Below are positions 11,230 through 23,500 of a stretch of DNA of 59,246 nt, one piece after another. Numbering within the stretch: position 1 is the stretch's first letter; each line of letters starts with the position of its first letter. The notes below the pieces were generated by a model. The model saw nothing but the letters and a program-made list of their open reading frames with translations, ran no database searches and was not told the origin of the DNA. The stretch is taken from NCBI GenBank assembly GCA_000320545.1, contig ADNK01002763.1:1-59246 (forward strand), read 5' to 3'. The position numbers were made by a program, and so were the translations under genes. The DNA is from Bigelowiella natans CCMP2755 (Eukaryota; Protista; Cercozoa).

Positions 11230-11940
11230 GGCAATCTAGCAATGTGTACTCTGTGCAGCACATGCATTCATGCTTGAAATTTAGTCCAAATCATTGTAGC
11301 TTTGTGCACTAGTGCGGGTCGATTGTTATGATTGTTGCGTTGTCGTGTTAGCACTGCTAAACCATGCTTGCATCGCATCCTAGCTAGCACATCTAGATGT
11401 CCAGATGTGTAGACGTGCTGTGGACGACAGCATCCAAAAGCACCGAACTGACTTCACAGCGCGCTAGCTAGCTAGTGCACAATTTGGACACTGTCGTTTG
11501 CTGCTGATGGCGACACAGTTGTCAACTGCTAGAGCTAGGCCGCACTCTGCACTAGCGCACCGGCTAGCCGGCTCTAGTAGCCATCTAGCTAGCTAGCCAT
11601 CTGTCCATCTATTAATGCCAGCACTAGAGCATGCTAGCAGCGTGCGTGGACAACATGCTAGCATGCCATCATGTTGTTTCTGCAGTGATTGTGCTAGTGT
11701 GGCAACTGCCAGTCCATTGCAGTGTGCATGCTAGCATGCTAGCACATCCAGACATGAAAGAGTGTCTAGACATCGCTAGATTGGCACATCTAGACATGCA
11801 CACATGCATTTGATCATACTAGCATGGACAACGCAACACAACATGTCAGCATGGAGCACGTAGCATGCTAGTGTGTGTGGCATGCACCCAATGATGCTGT
11901 GTCTATTTGTCGCATGGACTATTCGTCCATGACTAGAAGA
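11230..11940. other. CTAG-rich intergenic island
   Basis: About 28 CTAG in about 710 bp (hand count), including (CTAG)n runs and CATGCTAGCATG. Confidence 0.85.
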
Positions 11941-12244
11941 GTCAATAATGAAGCGACAATTGTACTCATAACATGAAAACTTCTCCAACAACATTCTGGA
12001 CTGTCGTCCAAATGCATTTATTTTAATAGCACGTTAAATTCCCTTTGCGGCTCTTCGTTTTCGGGCTAGAATTTGTATCATAGACACAGAGACACATATA
12101 AGCACAATCAGAATTTAAAATCCTTCTCTACTTGCATTAGAGTCATGACATTTATTGGATTCTAACACCGACCAACATGCATTCTACCTTTTTGCCGAAT
12201 CAGCATCATTTTTTGCTTGCAGATCTTCAGATTTTTCACAAGAG

Positions 12245-14205
12245 TCACGAGCTACGCAAGGAAAGGCTTATACTCAGGGGCAGAACAGCGCAAGCACAAA
12301 GTTGAATATGGGTGTATAAGTGCGAAAATGTCGCAAATCTTTGCCAGACGAACAATAATAACGATCGCAACACGGAGGGTAAGCGGCTTACGATTCTGTC
12401 CTTCGCAGCGATTTTGGGAGATTTGCCTTTCTTGCTTTGCGCAACCATCTTTTTCAACTTGAGGAACTCCACTTTATTCGCCTGCGAATTTCTACATGAG
12501 ACTAGGAAGCAACTTTTTGCGAGGGTACCCGCTCAGACATATTGAAAATGAGAATAACGAATACAGAACTACACGGTTGTGTCAATTAACCTTTGCCTGT
12601 GCCTCTGTCTTTTTCTTCCAGGCCAGTGCTTCTCTGCAATTAGAGATTCAGCAAAATGAGCGTGTGTTAACTGCGAACATTGCCGCCCGATCACCATTAG
12701 AAGTCCCTCGAGTATTTTAAACAAAAGGTGATGAAAACATATAATGATGTACTTCGCAGTCTTGAGGATCTTCGCTTTCATCGCTTTGATCTCTGTCTCC
12801 AACGCCAGCTGCTCGCTACTTTTCTCTGTGATATATATGGTAAGATCAGATAATACACTTCCTAATTGGCAGTCTTCTTCTCAGCCTATTGTCAAGGTTT
12901 ATATGTGAAATGGCCTGTACTCTTTAAAAGCGATGCATGGCTTTCTGTCCACCATTAACACCTTCCTCTCTACCTTCCCTCTCAGTATATTTTACGGATA
13001 TTGGCTACGTGGTTTTCTCAATATACCTGTCTTCGGCTTAGATTCTTCAGGTTTTGCCTCTTCCTCCTTTGCCTCTACTTTGCTCTCAACTTCACTTTCA
13101 GTTGCTGCGGCCTCGCCTTCGGTATTGGCCAAAGTCTCCCCACCGTCTTTCTTCTCCTCTACCGTTGTCTCTACGGCTTTATCCTGTTCAGAATCACATC
13201 GGGTCCAAAAATGAGAAGTAATATGCGGCTTGGGGGAGGAAAAGAGAAATTGAAAAAGAACCGGAGAATCATCGTTCTCGGTCACTATTTTTCAATTCGG
13301 ACTGTCGATATACACATCATCCTCTAATAGAGCTTTGCGTGAGTGTTTGCAGCCTTGATTCGCACTGACCCCTGTATCTTTCTCTTCCTCCTCCGCTAGT
13401 CCCAATTGCTGCGAAAGAGGAATGGAATTTTGCGTGGATCAATACACATGTACGTTCTCATGCTCGCTCAATATCTCAATATCTTCAAAAGTATGTAATG
13501 TCTCCAACGTTACGAGCGACTTAAAAAAAAAATAAAAATAAATCAGCAAGCAGCGTCGCTTAGGCAAATTCGCCCACAATGTTGCTATTCATTTGCCAAA
13601 GAGTACTATGAAGAAAATGCAAGTCATCAGTATAGAAGTACCTCCTTCGTGAGAGGCAGGGCTGCCGTGTTGTCCTCATCGTCGTCATCATCTTCTAGAT
13701 CTTTCGAAAGATTTGAGTATTTGTAGTCACTCTCCACCTTCAACGTGTCCTAGCGGTAGGCAGCAGCACAAACGGGAGATAAGAAAGTGAGCAGAGGAAG
13801 GGGAAAAGGCAGAAATAATCCAGCGCGAACAACGCTTCTCCAAAGAAAATCAGATTATAAATAAAGATTATTAACCCCGTCCGATGATTTCCCCTCAGTA
13901 GCAGTCTTTACCTCCTCGTCCTCCCCTTTATCTGTGCCTGATGGCAAATCACCTGGAAGTACATGGATGGGAGGGAGGGAACGAGCAACCGTATGCTTTC
14001 ACGACCAAGCACATGGGAATACGTGTAGGAGTAGCTCACAACGAAAACAATGGCGTGAACAACCGCCCGCAGTATCATGATATGGCTGCTTTGAGAAGAG
14101 AATATCATGTCGCATTATTTGCCGATCGAAGAAAAGACGAGAAGGACGAGGGCGGGGCAAGAATAGACACTTTACTCTCACACTCATAACTGAATGCAAA
14201 GACTT

Positions 14206-14244
<39 letters not shown>

Positions 14245-15001
14245 TACGCACACAGCAGCAGCAGCACATACTACCCTTCTCTTCGCTACCGTCCTCGTCA
14301 GAAGAGAACGCCAGGTCCAGCTCTCCCTCTCCGTCGTCATATATACCCAAAACCACTGGAAAACATCAATGCCATTTGAGGATTACGAGAGGGTGAGGGG
14401 ATTTATATACAGCAGAGTCAAGGACGGTGGTGCTATCGTATTCATCATTAGAAGCATCCATTTGCTCAATGCCGACCGAAGTGATGCTTAAATTGAAACA
14501 ACTGGTAGCGCTTTTGATTAGACTTACGCCGTCACACTGGCACTCACGAGCACGCGCAATTTAGCTGACTGACGGCATCATAGGGCATTATCCTTACTTT
14601 CCAGGGAAGAATCTGCGATTTCTTCCTTCTCCTTTGCTACCTCCTCTTCCCTAAAAGGAGCAAAGAATGTTTACACATAAAAAAAAAAGAAACGTTTCGC
14701 GCCCGACTTCGTTTGGCCACGGTAATACCACTAATACTCAGTAAAAAATTCTGCTAGCGACGTCGTGACTTTTGTAACTAATAAATACCGACTATCACCA
14801 CTACTAGTACTGCTTACTACTTCTTCCACTGCCTTCACTTCTACTTAAACATTACTAATCAAAGCCTTCTCACCTTTTCTTGTGCAAATTCATTATCGAT
14901 GACTGAAGCATGGCCTCAACGTCAGCCTCTTCCTTGTCTTCTTCGTTGATTTCGCCTTTTGAGTCATCTACTTCCTCAATCAGCCCATCCTAGGTGATAA
15001 T

Positions 15002-15034
<33 letters not shown>

Positions 15035-15926
15035 AATAATAATAATGATAGTAACGGTGAGTACCCACTGCTTTGCTTCGCAGCATAGATATGAAATTAG
15101 GGTGAGCATCGACATCGACTGGGGAAAACGACGGGAAAACGACGGGAAAACGACGGGAAAACGACGGGAAAACGATGGGACGCGTTCCGATATACGGTCC
15201 GTGAACATCGTGGCGTCGAGGAAGAGAAAGAACCCCCACCCCTCACAGTTTGGCAACAATGGTACACCGAAACACGAACATGCTTACATCGCTTAGAACT
15301 CCAGCCTCCTCCTCGTCCTATTTGAAAAGCATATACGCATCACTTCAGAATCGATGAGGGATACATGTACGCATACACTCAAAATGCGAGGAGGAGGAGG
15401 AGGAGGTGGTTGCTACATGTACCGAAGTTAATTTCTACTGGGAAAAACCACCAACAAAAGGATTTCCACCCCAACTACAATGAAAGCAGCTTTGCTTCCT
15501 CCCGTCGCCCATTGCACTACTTACATCATCGTTCATTTCCGGAAGTTGGTCTTTGCTTTCATCCAAGTCCGCTTTCGTCCTGGATTGTTTCGTTTTTGAT
15601 TGATGGTGAGACAGCAGTAGAAATGATGACAACGTCGGTGCGATTCGCTCACACGCTCTTGTTGGATACACACACGACGCTCAATAGGGATGGGGGAGAA
15701 ATGGAAGGAAACACAAAAGTTGCAGAGACTTGAGGGGGAAACAGAGAGACAGAAAGGCAATTGATGACAACGCGTTCTGCTGCTATTACTACTGATATTG
15801 AGGAATCTATTACTTGTACTGAAAGCCTCTCTCTGCGAGCTCCTTTATACTCAGCTTCTTGAAAGTAATTTCGAACTTCTCCGAGCCTACCCAATAGCGT
15901 TATTTAACGTTTTTTGATGTCAAACA

Positions 15927-15982
<56 letters not shown>

Positions 15983-17487
15983 CCAAAATAAGCAAAAAAA
16001 ATAATGCAAGATATTACCTCTAACCAGCATCACGAGAAGGCCCTGAAAGAGAGCACATGCGGAGGAGGAGAAAAATGAGGGAAAGAAGCATAAGAATTTG
16101 AAGAAAAGGATGACGAAATATATCTAGACCCACGAGATTGTAATATGAAGTACTTTTCAAATAATCGTATCTGTGCAGATCAAGTATTCCTATATCTAGA
16201 GATTCACCATCTACCTTATCTTCTTCTTACTCTTCTTCTTCTTGCTATTTCACTATAACGACTACTACCTGGAGATCTTCGTCATCGTCCGGAGCAACCT
16301 CGCCGTTGATTTTCTCCATTGCCATCCCGACCTACACACGGTGTAAAGGATATATCAGGTAATGCTGTGTTTGGAAGCAGTTATGCAAGTGATTCATCGA
16401 CGGACGGTGCCTTCGATTCATACTACTTACTGAAGGACATATATGTGAGAATGCAAAAAAATGTTCAGAAACCACAGCACACGTAAACGCATACCCATAC
16501 ACATTAGTGGTGGAAAAAGCAGTAGTAGCAGTAGTCGAAGTTGTAGTTCTAGTTGTTGTTGTTATTGTTGTAGTAGCACCTCCACCCCCAAATTCCAAGC
16601 CTGTGTTTCTTCCAACACCTGGGTCCACCCATAACACAAAGAACGAGTCAGTCATCACACGGCGGAGAGAATAATTACAAAATTATTATTTAAATAAATA
16701 AATAAATATATATATATATATATATACCAAATTCCTACATGAAGGAAAAAGGAAAATGGCCAGGAGAGACCAGCAAGAGCAATACACTATGAGAGGCGGA
16801 AGAACCGTCGTCACCTTTATGATTGTTGCGTTTTGATAGTCAACTCCGATTGACATCTGGGGCCGAAAGACGACCTATAATTGTGAATCATATTTCCACG
16901 TTTCATCGTTGTACTTACACACCATTAAAGGCAAATTTCGTTCCTACTACTACTACTACTATACTATTTAGACTTGGTACATTCAATCGCTGGCCAGCAT
17001 GCCCCGTGTAGACACCTTGCATTTTCCCGCTTTCCTAATCAAGGGGAAAACGAAATAAATATTGAATTTGAAGGTCCAGATCGCTGATGCTACATTTCAT
17101 TGCTCTTACCCCCCCTTCCACCCCCCCCCTCTCTTTGTAATTTTGGCAAGGAGATGTCAAATATGTAGAGAAGAGGACTACAAATACGGTGATTCCAAGT
17201 AGTATTTGTGATTAAAAACGAATGGCTATGTGTTTCGGTCACTAGCTGATCGATTCAACAATCCTTTTTCGTAAGTCCCAACGCAAGGCTCTGTGACGAC
17301 GACTACTACTAATCATCAAAAACATGGTCTCTATCTCACACTGCGGCGGACAGACATTGTGATGCACTTCCGGTTCAAGATGCCGACCGGTTTTGGTTTC
17401 TCTGGTTGAGGCCTAATGGAAGGAAGAAACAAACGAGTGAAATATGGATAATAAAGGGGGCGCGCGTACACGCGAAACAAACACATG

Positions 17488-17527
<40 letters not shown>

Positions 17528-19240
17528 GATAACACTATGTTAACTATACTCATGCTCTTAGAAAGAAAGATAAAGCGTCACAACCATATCAGGTGATAAG
17601 TCCTCTTGATTCACTTGAGCATCGTTAGTATTCACCACGACAGGACCACTGCTCTGTTTCTGCAGCACATGAGAGGAAGAAGGAGACGGAGGAGGAAATG
17701 ACGAGGGAGAACTGTGACTATGTGTGGGTTGAATTATCTAATTCTCGCAGCATGCACCGTTTGCGATTTTACGTAATTTGAGTCACATCTTATTATCATC
17801 TCACCTCTTCCCCGTCACCACTGGATCCGCCCCAACCATCCCGAGGCTGCTTATTGTTGGAAGCTGACAAAACAAATCGACAACGGCGTGCGTTAGAAAT
17901 TGATCGAAAGCAACGAATCACCGCAACTTATGCAGGCACTCAATCATGGCGAGGGGATGTGCGCAGATGCATTTTTTTACCTATATTCTCAGGCTGTGCA
18001 AGCCCCTTGGTTCGAACACCGCAGCTGCGAAATGTTCTCACGAAGTCCTATGTACAAGAAGGGAAGGACACCACCAATTGTGGGAACAACCATGTGCACT
18101 TGCCGGCGCGGCAGCACAACAACCCAAAGTCATCACACTATCTTCTCGCTTTGTTCTCCCCATAGTTTTTCGAAATTTTCAACCTTGATGTACGATCGAG
18201 AGGTGTTGGGAGGCCCTTTCAGTTGCGTGATTTTGCCATTGTGAAATCTATCCAACACAACGACAAGAGAAAAATCATCAGCTTGAGCGATCCAATGTTC
18301 TTTTTTTGAAAAATAATAGTGTTTGCTAATACATGATTGAAAAGCCCTCCTTGGTGAGCTCAACGCTTTGGATATCTAATGAAAAAGCCAACAATTTTCA
18401 GATTCGACACACGACAACTTGTACCATCCCACAAGCACAGGATTAGGTTTCAGCTAGGAGCGGAAAATCAGGATTACTTCTCAAGTCGATGTGTGTTCCA
18501 GCGAAACGATCCATATAAACTACATTTTGATGTAAGTAAGAAAGCTTAATGGGTTGACGAGCATGGGGTGTATGGGGCTTATTTGCGGAGTTTGAGCGTG
18601 TTTTAGGTGTCTGAAGTAGAAAATCTAAATGGAAAACACAAGTGCTTTCTTTAGATGTATTTCATAACATCCTCCTCCACTGATTTTTCCTTCTTAAAAC
18701 GAAAAACCTGTCTCATTTTCTCGGAGATAGTCCAACCCCGTTTCATCTACGCAAAAATAGCGTTTCTGCCACTTGGAGAGGAGACTGATAACCATGCATC
18801 GTATAACAACCGTCAATTGAAAAGCATCCGTTCATAACATAATCTGAGCTGGTCGAAAAACAGAGTGTGCAAAGTCTTTCTCCTTTATTAGCCGAGTGTT
18901 GGACACATTCATATCGGAAAACTATCCGTACCCTGACGACTTCTTGTATAGGAAGCCTTCCATCGGGAACCGCAGAAGATATCAACTCTTAACTGACACG
19001 AAAGCAACAATAGTAACCCAGAGAAGACGGATGGCCTTCGGACTACTGCTATATTCTTAAAGGTTGGGATTATTTGGACAATCCCGAGGCACTTGCGACG
19101 TGCATTCTCATCCTCTATATATATTATTTATATCTGGGAGCTTGATCTATGCTAGAGGTGATGTTAAAAGCCAATTTCTCTCACCTGTAAGAGATAGATC
19201 GAGAGGAGGGGCGGGAACGCTACGTTCTATGGAGTCCTTA
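12245..19240 (-). CDS. one or more multi-exon hypothetical proteins (acidic/coiled-coil); gene boundaries unresolved
   Basis: Coding-like GT-AG exons, e.g. DDFSLVVVLDRFHNGKITQLK, MEKINGEVAPDDDEDLQ, LGRLGEVRNYFQEAEYK, DGLIEEVDDSKGEINEEDKEE, DTLKVESDYKYSNLSKDLEDDDD, ESKVEAKEEEAKPEESKPK and LETEIKAMKAKILKTAK. No family recognised. Confidence 0.45.
15122..15176. repeat. 11-bp tandem repeat x5 (gggaaaacgac), probably intronic
   Basis: Read directly. Confidence 0.9.
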
Positions 19241-19834
19241 CAAGTTATCTATCTATCCCACGATGTCGATTCATAAACAGACGACCGAATGTCAGAATAG
19301 CAGTGTATTTATTAATTGCGACATGGAAAAAACAGGGTTACAAACCGCCAACTGCCCTGTCGTATTACGGCACCACCGCACTTGCGCCAAGATATTTTAT
19401 TTGTCGTAGGTACAGTTTGTGGTAGGTTTTAGAGCTAATATATAATTTAGCAAGAGTTTCCTCGTTTTGGTTGTCGCCAGTTAAAGACACATCCAACAAC
19501 GCACAATAACGTGTAGAACAAATAATACTGAGGATGATATATTTTTGGATTAATCGATGAAATGTTTCTGCTGCGACAACAAGAAATTACTATTTCACAG
19601 AGGAGGAAAGCAGGCGACCTCAAATGTAGTATTATTATTAGATTTTCTTCGGTAAATTTCCAAAAAGAAATGCAGTCCTACTTCCAATGCGCACGACGAG
19701 CTTCCGAAACATGTCGAGCAGCCTTCCACAGGCTCGTAGACATCTTCGCAATGAAGGACGCACGAACAGGCTCACGGGCAGAATATTTGATACGTCGAAT
19801 CGTAGGTCCTGTAGTCTAAGTTGATGGTAGTTTC

Positions 19835-20465
19835 ATGTCTAGCTCACAAATTGTCAAGGTTGGATTCCTCACGCGTTCGGTTCTGCTAGAGCTAGCTAGC
19901 TAGAGAAATCTACGAGATCTAGACAGTCTAGCAGAGCTGGCCAGATTTAGCTAGCTAGAGATCGCTAGATCGACGTGCAAACTGCACACTCTAGCACTTC
20001 GCGTCATCACATCTAGCTAGCTAGCTAGCTAGACTGACATCTAGACATGCTAGCATGGCAATCTAGCAAGCTAGCAAGCTCTAGAGCAGAGAGCTAAAAC
20101 CCAAACCGATGCATTCATTAGCATCTTGCCAGGCTAGCAGGCTAGCAGGCGTGCCATGCTAGCATGCTAGCATGGCTACTTAGTTCATCTAGTCGATCAT
20201 GTCTGAGAACGCATGACCACAGTGCACACATCTAACTAGCTAAACATGGAACACGGATGTGAAATGCTCTTCGTGTCGCAAACACTCTCTGGATGTTCAT
20301 TCAGATTCCACCATGTCCAATGCATGCATCATATGTAGATTGCTCAACATTCTTCTAGGCCATCCATGCTAGACAACAACATCTTTTCATGCTAGATGAA
20401 GGTGTCGTTAGAAGTGTACATCTACTTGAACTAGATGCATGGCGAGGAGGTGCACCTCTAGACGT
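19835..20465. other. CTAG-rich intergenic island
   Basis: About 32 CTAG in about 630 bp (hand count), including (CTAG)5. Confidence 0.85.
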
Positions 20466-20511
20466 GGGTGCATGCATGAAGTCGCCGAAGCAAATTGCTG
20501 TGATCACAAAA

Positions 20512-23500
20512 TCAAATTTTGTTCTGCCTGTTCTTTTTGAGCTCATGAGGAGTGTGGTATTTGCGAATCATTTTCAGCCTTGGATTCACAGCCCGATCGC
20601 TTTTGGCGGATCCCGCAGACTCAACAGAAATGTTTCTTTCTCGTGTGGTAATGCTTGAAAAGTTCATCATGCTGCCCGCCCTTCGGTGCGCATTATTATT
20701 CTTACTCCTTATACCGAGAGGTGTTGAAGGACGAGCTCGTGGAGTCAAAGGTCGTGAGGCAGTACCCATGTGAGATAACGAACGCATCGCTTTCGGTGGT
20801 GGCGTACCTGGTCTCTGAGAATATGCACGCCTATGAGTTCCTCTTCTAAATCCCATTGGCGTGGCCGAACGATAATTCGCGAGCACGGACAGGTTTGATA
20901 AGGTATTACGGGAAGACCCTGGTGGCGGGGTCATAGCTCGTGGTGGAGACTTGGACTTGGATTTTGAACTTGTTCTTGCATGCTTACTCGGTGTTTGTTG
21001 GGGTTCATGTATTATAATATTACGCTGCTCAAGTCTTGATCCCTGTGGAGTCAGTGTCCGAGGAGTAGTACTTTTCACGGCCTTTGGAAGTTTCAAACTT
21101 GAGGAAGAATATGCTCGGATTACTACCTTTGGGGGCTCATACTTTGCACCTTCTTCCTTAGCCTCTGCATTTATAAAGATAGCCCATGAGTAAAACTATA
21201 TTTGTGAGATGATTATAGAAACTCACCTTCACCCAATGACTCTATGCTTCTCAAGCTTCCAAATATTGATCTTTGATCTGACCCTCTTTGAGATAGATGG
21301 CTTACAGAGTGCTCAGCTAGAAAAAACAAATATCAATGCTAGGGATTAATGTCCTTTCTTAAACTTTCAGTAATAAATCCATACCAATAGATCCTTTTGT
21401 AAACGAGGACTGCCTTGAGTGAGACCTCTCGGACCTTTGTGACTTAGATTTTGACTTATAACTTCGTATTGTTCGAATTATAGAAGAAATCGACGGTCTT
21501 TCCTCAGGCTCGTAATCCAACAATTTATAAATTAGTTGTTTCAAAATCGGGAATTCGAAACCGTCTATTGATGTTACACGCAGCTATATAGCACAACAAC
21601 TTATCAGGATTATAGAAATAAATATTGAATGCAGGTGCCATACCGTCCATTCCCCACGTCGTACATTTTCTATCGCAGACTTATTTTTCCTTTTTGAGCC
21701 TCCTAAAAACGCATGCAACAAATGTTTTGGCTATGTTAATACCATACAAGCAATAGACATAAGAATACATTCTAGTACCATCTAATTTATATTCTGAGTA
21801 AGGCTTTGCGCCTTTCTTCAATATCTGATTTCGAATCCATAAGTATATTAGTAAAGTTCAAATGTTTTGATTTGAAAAATTACTACCTCCCAAAATGTCA
21901 CTCCTAGAGACCACAAATCAGACCTGAAAGATGGGGATACTCAATCGTATTCTTCGAGGAGAAGTAATAATAATACTGTAGTGTAAATCTCCAGTTTCCA
22001 AGAGATTCAGGAGCTACCCATTGCCTGTATATTGAATGTTTATGACAAAGACTTTCAAGTAATAACATGAATCGTCACCATCTCTCGATTTCTTCAATAT
22101 CGCCTCTATCCGTGCTAGCACTATGGAGCTGTGCTCTACTACTTCTCCTACTCTGAGGAACCTGATTTTAGAGCAACAAGGCTACTGTAAGATTAATCAA
22201 GAACACGAGTAAATCAGTTCATAACCTTCTCTATTCTATGAAAACGTGCGCGTGATGAGACAGGATCTGAGATCAAAACCTAAATGCAATAGGAAAATCC
22301 GATTACTATTCAAAAGTTTGATCAAGTGATCAATCGTCTTACCGTCCCGTCTGACTTCATCATAATGTTTTCGCACGCAAGATCACCATGTGCAAAATTG
22401 TTGGAATGTAAGCACCTCAGCCCTGAGCAAATGTCTCGTGCAAGCCGAAGAAATCTAGCAAAAGGATCCTATTGAGATTCAGTTGAGTTGAATATCATCA
22501 GAATACACATTACTTAAATTTTTGTCGAAGATTTATTCTATGATGAAGAGTATCTAAGCTTCCGTTTGCGCAATACTCGACTAAATAAACAATCCATGAT
22601 CAAAATTAGACATTAAAGAAATGTTAGAAGCATAGGTACCCATGAAACAGTCACGATTTTGAATATGGACCTGATACATGTACAGCGGTTATTAGAGTTA
22701 TAGTGCATGGTTTGTAGCAAAAGTTACCATTCCTATTATCTTAACAAGATTGCCGTGCTTTGTGAGCTTCGACAAAGACTTAAGTATTTGTATTTCCTCG
22801 TAAGTAAGACCATCCCTAGGGACTTTTAGCACTGCTTGTCGACCTGTCTCGACTATCAAGACTCGGTACCATTGTCCTTTGAGATCCAAAATTTGTGTTA
22901 GTCATGAACATACGCACAAGGAATTCTAAGTGAATTTTGGTTCTATATCTATGGCAAAAAGGTAATTCTAAATGAAATTTTACTATCATACCAAAAAGCC
23001 CTTCCTTCACCATGTCTGACACCTAAGTATGAACAATCACCAGAACTAAATCCAACCCTTTTCTTATTTAGTAGCATATATTTGTTTATGAAATAGTATA
23101 AAGTTGGAGTAGATGCAAAGCCCCGCTGTGAAAGTAATTAACCTTAATCTCATCATCTGAATAGACTGGAATTGCACCAAACTTCTGTTGAGGCGATTCG
23201 ACATATTGAATTTTGGATACCTAGAAGAAGGATTTCGAACATAATTGAAATTATATCATTAGCATCTATTTCTAGATATAAAATATAACATATCGGCTTT
23301 AAGTACCCTATTCTCAGGTGAAATTAGACTGCGAGGCGTCACTTCACTCAAATCAGGTGAAATTCTTTTTACTGGCCTACGACTTGACTGATCATTACGG
23401 GGACTGGATTTTAATTGTGAGGCCGTAGGAGAAACATCAGATGACGTTTTTCCTTTCCCGTAAGATCCAACTCCCGAGATTTCGCCACTATAACGGTTTT

